In this document: in pieces, positions 12,186-30,179 of the stretch
How the letters are laid out: every line of letters begins with the position of its first letter
Position numbering within the stretch: the first letter of the stretch is position 1
Source of the DNA: Octopus sinensis
Lineage: Eukaryota
DNA length: 64,000 nt
Direction: 5' to 3'
Assembly (NCBI RefSeq): GCF_006345805.1
Contig: NC_043010.1
Location: 23,064,001 to 23,128,000, forward strand
Program-made: the position numbers and the translations under genes
Notes under the pieces: model-generated
Seen by the model: only the letters and a program-made list of their open reading frames with translations
Told to the model about the DNA's origin: nothing
The model's database searches: none

Positions 12186-12559
12186 GATTGATTGATTGAT
12201 TGATTCTAGTTTCAGCTTATGAGCTGTGGTCATGCTGGGGCACCGCCATTTCAAACATATCCATTATCCAAACATCTATATACATACATATATATATAAG
12301 TATATATGCATAAATATAGATACTTATGTATATACACATACGTATATGTTTGTATAAGTATATACACATAAAGATATATTTATATATATATACATTTGTA
12401 GAAATGTATATCTCTACTTGTATACATATAAATATAGAAATATATATGCATATGTATATATGGAGATATGATATATATGCGTACTCATATAATATATACA
12501 TATATGAATATATTCATAGATACAAATACATATATATATATATATATATATTAATTTGT

Positions 12560-12720
12560 TTCAGTCGTTTGACTGCGGCCATGCTGGAGCTCCGCCTTTG
12601 GTAGAACAAATTGACCCCTGGACTTTGTAAGCCTACTACTTATTCTATCGGATCTCTTTTGCCGAACCTGCTATGTTACAATGACGCAAGCAAACCAACG
12701 CCGGTTTTCAAGTGATGGTG
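12560..12720 (-). mobile_element. SINE family A 3' tail module
   Basis: gtttcagtc...gactgcggccatgctggagc...tacttattctatcgg...gccgaacc, the same module as 23066-23200 and 63780-63935. Confidence 0.75.
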
Positions 12721-12747
12721 GGGGGACAGACACAGACACAAATAACA

Positions 12748-12801
<54 letters not shown>

Positions 12802-12856
12802 TATATATATATATAATATATATATATATATAATTATATATATATATGTATTGTAT

Positions 12857-12928
<72 letters not shown>
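12857..12928. repeat. (GATA)n microsatellite
   Basis: Direct repeats. Confidence 0.95.
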
Positions 12929-13142
12929 TACAGAGAGATAAAACTTACTGGTAGATGATGCGTGGTGTTCAACCATATAATAATATAAATAATATATAAA
13001 TAATATAAATGATATATACATACTTATATGTACATACTTACATCTATACGTATATATATATATATTATATATATATATATATATTTGTAAAAAAGAAGTT
13101 TGAAAACGCCACTATATTAGATAAATTTTAATTTTCTTATGA

Positions 13143-13187
13143 ATTTTACATGTTTCGGTTCTTGAAAAAACGAACCTTATCAAAAAT
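13143..13187 (-). ncRNA. Type I hammerhead, U3-A8 core variant
   Basis: Reverse complement of 14313-14357. Confidence 0.7.
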
Positions 13188-14312
13188 ATTATTGAAAAAT
13201 ATCATAAAAAGTGTAATGGAGAAATTCATAATCGTTTCTTACTGTTAATCGCTATATTCCTGTTGAGTGTATTGAAGAAGTCCATTATTGTTTCTTGCTG
13301 GTATTAAAAGGAACCGCTTTTTTGTTACTTTGTGTTCCAATGGTAGCAACAGTAGTGATTGTTGGTCGTAGTAGTTGGTCGTAAATTTGGCGACCTTGGT
13401 GGTGGTTGGTTGGGGTTAGTAGTAGAGGAGGACTGTTGATCGAAGCAGCAAAAAGTGGTGGGTTCACTGGCACTGTTCACTGACGTCACATAATTCCAAA
13501 CCAATCAAAACCAAACTTCAACGAATAAAAGGTAAAGACCCCCAACTGTATCCTGAATGGAAACCAACCAAGGAGAACGACAAGCTTGACCACGGAAGAA
13601 AAACGTCATCAATTTTTTAACGAATCAATATTAGCTCTGACCCATAACTGTATCCTGTAAGGAAACTAACCAAGCAGAACGACAAGTTTGACCACGGAAG
13701 AAAAACGTCATCAATTTTTTAACGAATCCAAATCAGATCTGCTCGTAGAAAAAAATGTTCTGTATAAATTTTTTCTACGAGCAGATCTGATTTTGATTCG
13801 TTAAAAAATTGATGACGTTTTTCTTCCGTGGTCAAACTTGTCGTTCTGCTTGGTTAGTTTCCTTACAGGATACAGTTGGGGGTCTTTACCTTTTATTCGT
13901 TGAAGTTTGGTTTTGATTGGTTTGGAATTATGTGACGTTAGTGAACAGTACCAGTGAACCCACCACTTTTTGCTGCTACGATCAACAGTCCTCCTCTACT
14001 ACTAACCCCAACCACCACCAAGGTCGCCAAAATTACGACCAACTACTACGACCAACAATCACTACTGTTGCTACCATTGGAACACAAAGTAACAAAAATC
14101 GGTTCCTTTTAATACCAGCAAAAAACAATAATGGACTTCTTCAATACACTCAACAGGAATATAGCGATTAACAGTAAGAAACGATTATGAACTTTTCAAT
14201 TTTCACTTTGTATAATATTTTTGATAAGGTTCGAGACCAGTTAGAAGCGATTATGAACTTCTCCATTACACTTTTCTTCTCCATTACACTTTTTATAATA
14301 TTTTTTAATAAT

Positions 14313-14357
14313 ATTTTTGATAAGGTTCGTTTTTTCAAGAACCGAAACATGTAAAAT
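14313..14357 (+). ncRNA. Type I hammerhead, U3-A8 core variant
   Basis: AUUU-UUGAUAA-GGUUC(10 nt)GAACC-GAAA-CAUG-UA-AAAU; ACAUGU palindrome. Confidence 0.7.
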
Positions 14358-14494
14358 TCATAAGAAAATTAAAATTTATCTAATATAGTGGCGTTTTCAA
14401 ACTTCTTTTTTACAAATATATACCTCTTGTATACGATCTACTCTTATTATAAATATATATAAATATATATATATATATAATATATATATGTATG

Positions 14495-14571
<77 letters not shown>

Positions 14572-14736
14572 TATGTGGGCACAGGACGTCACGAAACGTG
14601 TACAACAAAAACATACAAAGTACGAGTACGTGGAACATGAACTATTCTTTCGAACAACGAAAGACAAAAATAGAAAACTAAACAAACAACATAATGAACC
14701 ACCCTCATCATTTGTTGACTGTTTTTCTAGTCTCAT

Positions 14737-14787
<51 letters not shown>

Positions 14788-14937
14788 CATATTATTTATA
14801 TTATACATATATATATATCGAGAGAGAAAGTACGTAACCTAATGTCACTTAATATGTTTATACATACACACACATATGTGTGTGTCTGTAGGCGAATACG
14901 TATACTTACCGACACACATTACATCGTAGATATAGAA

Positions 14938-14970
<33 letters not shown>

Positions 14971-15354
14971 ACACATACAACAACAACATGCATACACGTA
15001 TTTACTCGGGGATAAGTGAAGTTTGAAGAAACAGTGTAGAATCGTGTTGGAGCTATGCAAATTAACAGCAGCAGCGGCGTGCAATGGATGTGTTAAATAT
15101 AACGACTGTAAGTGTCCACTCACTGAACTGAAAAATGAAAACGAATTAGTCAGGGGTTCGAAAACAGAAATGGTTCTTCCAGAAAACTCTGTTAGTTTTA
15201 GTTCTTTAATGTTTTATTAGTCATTTTATTGGTTTATTATTTTTATTTTATTTTTGTTTATATCTTTTCCTTTTGTTTTGGATGGCTTCTTGTTATCTTT
15301 CTTTGATTTTCCTTTGGCTTTCGATATTTTTTGTCTTATTTTTGTTTAGTTTAT

Positions 15355-15415
<61 letters not shown>

Positions 15416-16247
15416 TGTATGTATATATTCGTTTCATTTCTTTCTTATACAAGAGTTGATTTTTGGTAAGAAAAACCTTCCGATGCGCGTCTAAAGTTGA
15501 ACTGGACTGTAACAACATGACTGCTAGGAAAAAGAAAACAACAAAAGATGAAAAAAAAGTAATAATAAACAAGAAACGAATAAAAGAAAAAAATTCTTTC
15601 ACATTTATCGCTTTGTTGCTTAAGCAACACCACCGCCGCCGCCACCACCACCGCCACCACCACCACCGCTACCACCACCACCAACAACAATAATAATAAT
15701 GAGGATAACAATAACAGTAATAATATTAACAACAATGTCGATGTAACAATGATAGTAACAATGATAATAATGGGAATAATAAGCAGGGATTAAAATAATC
15801 ATTTCGGAAAGTAAGATGAAATAAATATGTAATAAAATTAAAATTGTTACATGTGTGATTCGGAAAGTGGAGAAGAGTATAAAGGAAAAGGAGTTGAATA
15901 TAAAAGGGATTAGTGTGACTGTACACACACACGCAAATATCTGTTGTTAGTGTCCTGTTGTTTGTATTTGTAACTGTGTGCCATTTCTCCGTTTTCTTTA
16001 TTTTCGTCCTTGCTTTCGTATACATTCACTTGCTTTCTTCCAAGGAGTCTTGTTTTCTTAGTGCTGGCCAGATTGGAGCTGTCTCGAGTGTAACCAGCCG
16101 AAACTGCAAAGGCGATCTGGAACTTGATTGAGGATAGGAAACTCCGAATGACCCGTCCTTGTTTTTTCTGTCCTCATTTGTATCGTGTAACTGTCCGGAT
16201 GTTTTGTTGTCGCCTGAATGTGCGTGTTCCATTTTTTTGTTTTCTTC

Positions 16248-16306
<59 letters not shown>

Positions 16307-18388
16307 TGTGTGTATGTGTGTGTGTATGTATGTGTGTGTGTGTGTTTGTGTGTGTGTTTGTGTGTGTTTGTGTGTGTACTATACGTAGTGGTTCTTGAAT
16401 CTTGTGTAGTGTTACTCATAAATTAAATTGGTAACTATCTAGGAGCAGATTGTTAGAATAGTATAGTATTTTATAAAGACGGGTAGACAAAGATAACGAT
16501 TCATAATTCTAAAGGGTGGAGTTTGTCTTATATATATATATAACGAAGATAAATATGTGAGAAAGGGTGGATGGAGAAATTGCAAAAGAATAAAAGTTGG
16601 CAGCAAAGAAAGATCAAACATTTGTTATTAGACACGAAAATAAAGCCTAAAGCACAATATACATAAATTCATATATATGTACATGTATATAGACTCACAT
16701 ATATATAGATATAGATATGTACATGAATTGTTCGAAATACGGATTAGAAAAACAACCGACAACTGATAAAGGGTCGTTCCTTGTGCTGCTTGTCTTGTTT
16801 TCCATTTGTTTCTTTCGTTGCTTGCAAAGTTCTTATTCTATGTCCTCGTACTTCGTATTTTTTGTTATGTTTTGTGACGCCCTGTGCTCACATATGTATA
16901 TACGTATACATGCAAGTAGATCGCTAACATCTCACATTCTCACATCCGCCATGTTATTTTCGGCTAGAATTTCACGACGGAAATTTAACTCGGTCATCTG
17001 AACCGCTCAAACAAACACATACTGTTTAATATTAAACACACACATTGGATACTTAACGCCAATTCCTGAAAGAAATGAGCAAGCAAGAAAATAATGAAAA
17101 AACAAAAAGAACGAAAGAAAAATGGCAACTAAAACCCGGAGCTTTGTTAACTGCAATGCCTCTGATGATAGGTCTGTCTGATTAGAATCAACTCAGGGCT
17201 AATCAAGAGCAACATTTCACTGCTCCAACGTATAATATTTAATACATCATCGATTATATTAGTGCGACAGTTTCTGATTACTGCACACTTTAGTTTTATT
17301 ACAGAAGTAATTTGCCTTCCTCGTTCTAAATTGTGATTTTGTAAAGTGGAGCTAATAATTAAGCAGATCACCCTCATATGCAGCCTGATCTTCATCTGTT
17401 TCTGTTCAATGTTCGAAACATCTAGTCTTAATCTAACAGGTAGGTTTCTGCGACTCCAACCTCTAATTAAATACAGCAACTACAACACCAGCAACAACAA
17501 CAATCACAGGCAGCCCCAAAAGTTAGCAGAAGGAGCGCTATTAACGGGAGCAATAACATCAACATCAGAAACAATTGAGACGATTACGGCAAGATTGGCT
17601 TGAAACAAGAAGAGCAGCAGCACTTACAGTAGCAGGAACACCAGCAGCAGTAGCAGCAGCGGCGGTAGTAAATCAGGTGTTGAACTCTTGATTTATTATG
17701 CCAACATGGCTCCTCCATTTTTACTTCAATAATCATCCCGTTTCTTCACACATCTGCTCAGTTTAATTTACGTAAGTGAGGCTTAATTATCTTTTCCATG
17801 AATTTTCACCCAGATAATTAGCGAACCTACCTACTTACCTACCTGCCTACCAACCTTCTTACACACACGCATATATGCATATATATACATATATATAAAT
17901 ATACATACATATATATATACACATGTATATATATATACTTATACATACATAATACATACATACATATACATATATATATACATATAAGAATATATTACAT
18001 ATATATATACATATATATATATGCATATATATATATATATATAAGATATATTACATAATATATATACATAGATATATATATACATACATATATATATATA
18101 TACATATATATACATATATATACATATATATATATATACATATATATACATACATAGATATATATACATATATATATACATATATTATACATACATATAT
18201 ATACATATATATATATATATGTACGAGGTATATAAGATATATATCTTATATACATATATATATATATAAGATATATATATATACTTACCTAACTGGCTGC
18301 CTACATATCTATTTCTTCAATCTAAACACAATTACGAGCCTTCACATACAAGCGCTTCCACACACACGCACATGCACACACACACACA

Positions 18389-18426
<38 letters not shown>

Positions 18427-18560
18427 ATGCATGCGGGTACCTAATCAATCCCATTTTTCAAATGATACAGAGCAGATACAACAAAAGAGTACATAAACGC
18501 ACACGAACAATAATAACGCGTGCACTCGGACACACACTCACGCACGACACATATATATAT

Positions 18561-18618
<58 letters not shown>

Positions 18619-18801
18619 TGTATATTCTCTTCTCCATTTTCTAGTTCAGAATCTAGACTACGGCCATGCTGCAGCACCGTCTTTAACGGTTTAGTCGAAG
18701 AATTCTTACTTTTTTGCCGAACTGCTATGTTAAGGTGTCATAAACACACCATCATCGGTTTGCAAGCGAGGGCGGAGATGCGTGCACACACGAAGACACA
18801 C

Positions 18802-18849
<48 letters not shown>

Positions 18850-18851
<2 letters not shown>

Positions 18852-19055
18852 AAGTTAATCCAAACAAGAAAGCACAAAAAATACAACAACGTCAGGAGTG
18901 GGAACAAATATAGTATTATTGACGCTCGGGAAAGAAGGAAAAAAAGAGGGTCTAACGTTTCGAGCGGAGCTCTTCGTCGGAAACATAGGAGAAGGAAAGA
19001 TACAGAGAAGGGAAGACGGTGGAAAAAAAATCGCCAAACGGTAACACGAGGTCAC
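18850..19055 (-). mobile_element. PLE-type terminal repeat fragment with HHR (same family as 62137-62340)
   Basis: Homologous to 62137-62340 and contains the CCGACGA hammerhead. Confidence 0.7.
18950..18984 (-). ncRNA. Minimal hammerhead, U4C variant (CCGACGA)
   Basis: GUUU-CCGACGA-A-GAGC(UCC)GCUC-GAAA-CG-UU-AGAC. Confidence 0.65.
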
Positions 19056-19075
19056 ATTTTATATATATGTACATA

Positions 19076-19234
<159 letters not shown>

Positions 19235-20730
19235 CTTCTTCTAGATGAACACAGAAGCGTGTGGTTGGGAAGCAAGCTTAATACCAGGCAGCGACGTCTG
19301 CGGCATATATATATATATATATATATAGATATATATATATATATATATAAATAATCCTTAAATCCTTAAAAATGTCTCAGCCCGAAGGTTGCGGCCATGC
19401 TGGGGCACCACCGTTGAATGAGCTACACTAGTATGTGAAACCACCTCTGATACGTGACACTTGATCAACAAGGGGAGTTCGATGCCGCTGCCCACATATG
19501 TGTTTCCTGCCGAGATGTAGGTTCATCTGGGACCTTCGACAAGAAGAAATCCAATTTAGTTTTAAAGTAACCCACATCCACACCATGCAGCTCTCTCAGG
19601 CATTTAGGGAGGATGCTGAGGAGCTGTTGTCCTCTGAACCCCAAGCTGATAAATATATATACACCGTGTGTCTCAAATTCAACATCTAGTAGACTACAGA
19701 ATCAGTTAAGAGAGTAGAAACCCTTGCGAAATATAGCTAGTCATGGGTGAAGGGTGTATGTCCGAAACGTAGTGTCCCAAATTTTATACTTTCACTGTGT
19801 AACATTAGAACTTTAACTCCAGACTTTTACTTCGTAAATTTTTACCATTATTAAGCGCGAAGCGAATAATTTTAACACTGGACATCTCTTGGCCTTTTGT
19901 AATTTTTCTTGTATTTTATCTTTTATTTATCTTTTATTTATTTCAGTGATTAGACCGCGGCCATGCTGAAGCACCGCTCTGTTTTCTTCTTTTCATCTAT
20001 TTCATGTACATGCATGTGTGTGTATATACATACAAACATATATATATATCAAAGCAGTTTGATTCCGACCTCTTGCTACTTTGAGTTTCAAGCATGTGGC
20101 TAGTTTTCGGCCATTGGGGTTGAATGAGAGTTCGATTGAAGAGAGTCAATGTCTATTATTGGCCGAAGAAACTCAGAGTACCAAGGCGTCTGAATCAAAT
20201 TGTTTTGATCCCTACATGCAATTCCCAAAACATGAGTTGAGTGTCCTTCTTTCGTTTGTCTACTCTCTCGTATATATATATATGTATGTGTGTGTGTGCG
20301 TGTGTGTGTGTATACATAGGTACGCATCTATATAAGCATATATATATATACACACGCTCACACACACATATATTTTGTTTCCATTTATAATCGTTTCAAT
20401 TTAAGAACGCCGCTACTCAAAGACATGTTAAGCAGTAATTCTCTCTCTCTCTCACTCTCTGTTGCTTTCTGTGGATATACAGACACACACACATATTCAT
20501 GTATGTATACGTATATCTATATCTATATATATACATGTATATATACGTCTGTATATAGATATATACATATATATATATATATAAATATATATATTTTATA
20601 TACATACGTATCTATATCCGTATATATATATATATATATAATATATATATATAAATATGTATATGTATATATACAGACACATACACATAAATATATATGC
20701 ATTCAAGTATATATACTACTTGTATGTATA

Positions 20731-20765
<35 letters not shown>

Positions 20766-22100
20766 CTCTCATAGGTGAGTTCATTAAGTTCGTTTGCCTT
20801 GGGAAGTTCTGGAATCTTCATATTTGTGAGATTGTTGTTCTGTATCTGAGGAAATATAAGGGAAAAAATGGAAGCGAGCAAACGAGGAAGGAACTGAAGT
20901 TGGAGGTATGAAGTAGAAGGTGAGTGGTGGGGGTATGACCAACAAAGAAGAAGAGAATGGATGGGTGGGGTGAGAATGATGGCAGGAGTGGGTCAGCTGT
21001 TATAAGTGCGAAACTAACAATGCATGGGAGGGGGTGATTGAAAGGGAAGTGGGGAGGTAGAAAGAGCCGAGTGTCTCAAATGAAGACGAAAATAAAAAAT
21101 GGATAATGAGTTGATGGAAAAGATGGAAAAGAAGGGGGAGAAAATGGTATTTAGCGGAAGCAAAAGACAAAGAGCAACCGCACCTAGAATTCACTACTCC
21201 GAGATATTAAACAAACATAAACCCAAATACAGCATCGAATAGAACTTTTTCAGTTTAGTTGCATAGAATATTATTAATTTTGAATAACAGAAAAGAAAGG
21301 AAACGAAATATTTCGCCTGCAGTAGTAAAAGAAAACTGTGTACTTACACTACGTATATAACCAACTTAAAACATTCATACAACCATAATAAAAGTATTAC
21401 AATAATATGTGTGTGTGTGCATGTGTGTGTGTGTGTGTGCGTGTGTATGTGTGTGTGTATGTGTATGTGCGTGTGTGCGTGTGTGACTATTTACGAAGTA
21501 AAACAGGCGTGTTGGTTTTCAAAATCTTTAGTTACATCGTTTTACACGCGTTTCTTTAACAAAAAAGGAATTATTGTCATTTATATAGTGTGAATTACAT
21601 AACCCAATTGCGCTGTTAAATCTTCAGAGATGCATAAGTCGTTCGTAATTTTATTGGATTAGTGACAGAGTTGCCATCAGTGGTTTCGTAGGAAATATAT
21701 GTTGTATGTTGTATGCATGTATCTATCTCTCCCTTTCTCCCACTTTAGGTGTAGCATTCATGGTCGAAAGATCGTGGGTTCAATTCTTATACCGGGTGGT
21801 GCATTGTGTTCTTCAGCAAAGCACTTAACTCACATTGCACTGCCATCACTTCTACTCCTTACTCATCGTACACCGTGAAACGTCTATTTGATGGAGACAG
21901 TGAGCTAAGGTACATCACACACATTTGATCCCTATAAACAAATCATTTGTGCAGGTCGTTCAGCTAAAGCTGAACGCTCATGCGTCGCCTTCGACAGGAC
22001 AGACCATCATATATATGTATGTGTGTATGTGTATGTATGTATGTGTGTGTGCCTCTGTGTGTGTGTATAGTTCAATACATATATATATGTATGTGTATAT

Positions 22101-22173
<73 letters not shown>

Positions 22174-22229
22174 ATAATATATATATATAACAAAGTAGAG
22201 TTGTAGGGTACCGCACGAGTGGAATTATA

Positions 22230-23013
22230 TACGAAAGAAGGCTTGAAAATGCAATTTTAAAAGATGTTTATTTACTTTACCGGTTTCACTCTTTGGAAAA
22301 AGATTGTCAAAAGTAACATGTAAAAGTTTGGTTGCGTTAATTATTGGTTGTTACAAAATGCTACAATACATATATACAGTCTTTGGTAACAAGAACATGT
22401 TAAGGACATAAAAAAGTTTAACAAGTTCCTTAAAATATTGGGCACAAAAGATGACAACATAAATATACATTCTCAAGAAAATGTTAAAGATAGTTTCCAG
22501 AAGGAATTATTAAAAAGTTCAGTGGGATATTGGTATTGTATCTGCATATTCATTCACGCACAGAATATTGGTTGTCACAGAGTACTACAATACATATATA
22601 TATATACATTCTTTGGTGACAAGAGCATATTAAGAACATAGAAAAGTTTAACAAGTTCATTGAAATATTGGGCACAAAAGATTACAACAAATATATACAT
22701 TCTCAAGAAAATGTAAAAGATAGTTTCCAGAAGGTATTATTAAAAAGTTCAGTGGAATATTGTAACACAACAATATTTTCTTGAGAATGTATATTTATGT
22801 TGTAATCTTTTGTGCCCAATATTTTAAGGAACTTGTTAAACTTTTTTATGTTCTTAGCATGTTCTTGTTACCAAAGACTGTATATATGTAATGTAGCATT
22901 TTGCAACAACCAATAATTAACGCAACCAAACTTTTACATGTTGCAATCTTTTCCAAAGAGTGAAACCGGTAAAATAAATAAATATCTTTAAAATTGCATT
23001 TTCAAACCTTCTT
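22230..23013. mobile_element. Fold-back element with an internal ~224-bp diverged tandem duplication and an HHR
   Basis: 22772-23013 is the reverse complement of ~22230-22485; 22343-22545 resembles 22567-22760. Confidence 0.85.
22272..22316 (-). ncRNA. Hammerhead-like motif, U3-A8 core with 2 extra nt before GAAA
   Basis: UUACUU-UUGACAA-UCUUU(UUCC)AAAGA-GU-GAAA-CCGG-UA-AAGUAA; perfect 6-bp stem I. Confidence 0.55.
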
Positions 23014-23014
23014 T

Positions 23015-23062
<48 letters not shown>

Positions 23063-23065
23063 CGC

Positions 23066-23449
23066 TTTACTCTTTTACTTGTTTCAGTCATTTGACTGTG
23101 CCCATGACTTATATTGTAAGCCAAGTACTTATTCTATCGGTCTCTTTAGCCGAACCGCTAAGTTACGGGGATGTAAACAGACCAGCATCGGTTGTCTAGC
23201 GATGTTGGGGGACAAACTACAGACCACAAACTACACCACAGCAACACACCACACACACCCCCACACACACATACACATTATATATAATATACTATTACGA
23301 CGGGCTTCTCTCAGATTTCGCCTACCAAGTCTTTGGTCGGTCCGAGGCTATAGTAGAAGATACTTGCCCAAGGTGCCACGCAGTGGGACTGAACCTCGAA
23401 CCACGTGGTTGATAAGCAAACTTTTTACTACACAGCCGCTCCTACGCCT
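23066..23449 (-). mobile_element. Composite SINE family A (tRNA/CORE-like head, microsatellite, tail)
   Basis: Head 23449-23296, CA/TA spacer, tail 23200-23066. Confidence 0.85.
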
Positions 23450-23607
23450 ATGTATATATATATTCTTTGTATTTGCCTGGCATGTTAAAACAGAATGTGT
23501 TGGAGGTGCACGCAGGATTGTAATCTTCTTTGTGGGTTGACTTAGAAGAGTGCAGACGCCTTCTCTTGGTGTCCTGACCACTTTGTTTTGTTACGGCGTT
23601 TTGTTTC

Positions 23608-23853
23608 TATTGGGTTGGTGCATAATTACTGCGGCTTTTTTTCAACAAAATTTATTGAACAAAACAATAACAACATGTAACAAAAACATCTTTGAATGAT
23701 TTATTCCGGAGCATATTCACCATCTACTTCAATTACTCCTTCCCATTTGATTGGCAGACGGTCAGACCGTCATTTAAAGATGTTTTTGTTAAATATTGTC
23801 AATGTTTTTGTTGAATAAAATTTATTGGAAAAAGCCGCAATAATCATGCACCA
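23608..23853. mobile_element. Mariner-derived MITE with Hsmar1/MADE1-like TIRs
   Basis: TA-ttgggttggtgcataattactgcggctttt ... aaaagccgcaataatcatgcacca; close to the Hsmar1 TIR as recalled (TTAGGTTGGTGCAAAAGTAATTGCGGTTTT). Confidence 0.75.
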
Positions 23854-24158
23854 GTGTCATGTTATTCTGAAGTTTCTACTTTTGAGCGGGTTATGTTTTA
23901 TGAGGTTTCTGTTAGTTTCTTATGTCTTAAGCTTGTATATACATTGAGAAAGTTTGTGCAGTTTTATATTATTAAATGCTTATTGCATAGAGTGGTGTGT
24001 CGTGTGTGAATATTGTTCTGTTCCAGCTATTCTGTTGCATCGTAACGCATTCTATTCTATTGATACCATCTTGCGCAAGATATCGGCTGTTTCTGGCAAA
24101 GCTATTTTGGGATCAGCGTGAAGTGTTGCATAGCTTTCGTATGGCTTCGCTGTTTCAT

Positions 24159-24164
<6 letters not shown>

Positions 24165-24196
<32 letters not shown>

Positions 24197-24199
24197 TCA

Positions 24200-24275
<76 letters not shown>
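24165..24275. repeat. (CAT)n/(TTA)n microsatellite
   Basis: Direct repeats. Confidence 0.95.
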
Positions 24276-24279
<4 letters not shown>

Positions 24280-24284
24280 CTACT

Positions 24285-24468
24285 AAGGCGGTGAGCTGGC
24301 AGCATCGTTAGCGCGCTGGATGAAATGCTTAGCAATATTTCGCCTGTTGCTACATCCTGAGTTCAAATTCCGCTGAGGTTGACTTTGTCTTCCGTCCTTT
24401 CGGGATTCGATAAATTAAGTACCAGTTAAGTACAGGGGCCGATGTACTTCTCCCAAAATTCCAGGCCT
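24285..24468 (+). mobile_element. SINE family B
   Basis: ggcggtgagctggcag...gaaatgctt...gagttcaaattccgctgaggttgactttg; many copies in the window. Confidence 0.85.
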
Positions 24469-24485
24469 AACTATTATTATTATTA

Positions 24486-24551
<66 letters not shown>

Positions 24552-24570
24552 TTATTATTGTTGTTGTTGT

Positions 24571-24903
24571 TGAGTGAGAGAGCAGTTCATGCCATCAAAG
24601 TGACACTGGGGTAAAATATACGAAGCCCAATATACCCATCATGACTACCCGTCTGATAAGGGTACACCAGGCACATGCATCACAACCATATGTGCGCGAC
24701 ATGGTGATCTCATATCAAGATAGACAGCACATGATCTTGCAGGTGGGGCCCAGTTAGAATTTTCTTCAGGTTGAGTAGCCCATCCCGCTCAAAAGGTCCC
24801 TGAATAAGGGTTGTTTAAGGATGTTGAAAGAACCACCCATCGTTCCAGAGGTGAATTATTCAGACCCCAAAAAATCCATCCCTCTCAACACATGGTATGA
24901 TGC
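24571..24903 (-). mobile_element. (TAA)n-embedded non-autonomous element, truncated copy
   Basis: Near-identical to the first ~330 bp of 36369-36922 and 44666-45220; flanked by (TTA)n. Confidence 0.9.
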
Positions 24904-24937
24904 TTATTTTATTATTATATTATTATTATATTATTAA

Positions 24938-24981
<44 letters not shown>

Positions 24982-24995
24982 TATTATTATTTATA

Positions 24996-29174
<4,179 letters not shown>

Positions 29175-29773
29175 TACGTTTGACTTTTGCTTTATATTTG
29201 TACAAGTTGGCTCCAAGTCTCACACAGAGACTTCAAGAGACAACAGTTTGGAAGTTCATGTTGTTATGCCTAGTGTGCCATATATTTGGGGGGTTTTTTT
29301 GGTGTTGTACTAGTGAATGTCTAAAAAAAAACCAAAATTATGTTTGTTTTAAACCCTGAGATTACATAGAAAGTATTTTGTGTAGGTTATCAGCAGTTCC
29401 CATGAGCACTATCTTTTGAATTTCTGCCATTTTGGGGTTTCCTGGTATCTGAGTTAGGTAGCTATCAGCCCATTTCGCTATCATTCCCAGGGCACCTATG
29501 ACAACAGGTATTGTTTTAGTCTTCAGGTTCCACATTTTGCTGATTTCTATTTCAAGATCTTTATATTTGCTCAGTTTTTGGTAGGTCTTGACAGATACGC
29601 TTATATCGATTGGGACAGTCATATCAATGAGGAGGCATGTTCTTTGTCTGAAGTCTTTCAATATGATGTCTGGCCTATTTGCATCTATCTTTCTGTCATT
29701 TTCAATGGTGAAGTTCCAGAGGAGTGAGATGTGGTAATTTTCAAGCACTGGCGGTGGTTTGTGTTCCCACCAG

Positions 29774-29775
<2 letters not shown>
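29175..29775 (-). mobile_element. 5'-truncated second R4/Dong subfamily copy (RLE domain plus 3' UTR)
   Basis: WNFTIENDRKIDANRPDIILKD...KLSKYKDLEIEISKMWNLKTKTIPVVIGALG...LSM*; (TAA)n on both sides. Confidence 0.9.
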
Positions 29776-29835
<60 letters not shown>

Positions 29836-29977
29836 GATTTAGTTTTTGTTGTTTTTGTTGTTGTTTTTGCTGTTGTTGTTGTTGTATTATTGTTATAATT
29901 GTTTTTGTTCTTTGTTTTTGTTTTTGTTGTTTTTGTTTTTGTTGCTGTTGTTGTTGTTGTTGTTGTTATTATTATTA

Positions 29978-30032
<55 letters not shown>

Positions 30033-30179
30033 GCTGCTACGCTATGAGTTCAAATTCCACCGAGGTCTTCCATCTGCCTTCCATCGTTTCGGGGTCGATG
30101 TAATGAGTAACAGTTGTGTGCTAGAGTTGATGTAATCGACTCATCCCCCCCACATTTCCGGATATATTTTATTCTTTCT

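Larger units (their letters stand above)
13082..14418. mobile_element. ~1.3-kb fold-back element with an HHR near each outer end
   Basis: 13082-13755 is the near-exact reverse complement of 13772-14418, with small internal duplications in each arm. Confidence 0.9.

Noticed and set aside
17346-17700. Ala/Ser/Thr-rich frame (KQLRRLRQDWLETRRAAAL...)
   Set aside because: Stops in all frames nearby, driven by (CAG/CAA)n repeats, with no clear splice sites.
19745-19780. ggtgaagggtgtatgtccgaaacgtagtg as a hammerhead
   Set aside because: GAAACGUA is present but the 5' core and stems do not fit; at best a heavily decayed remnant.
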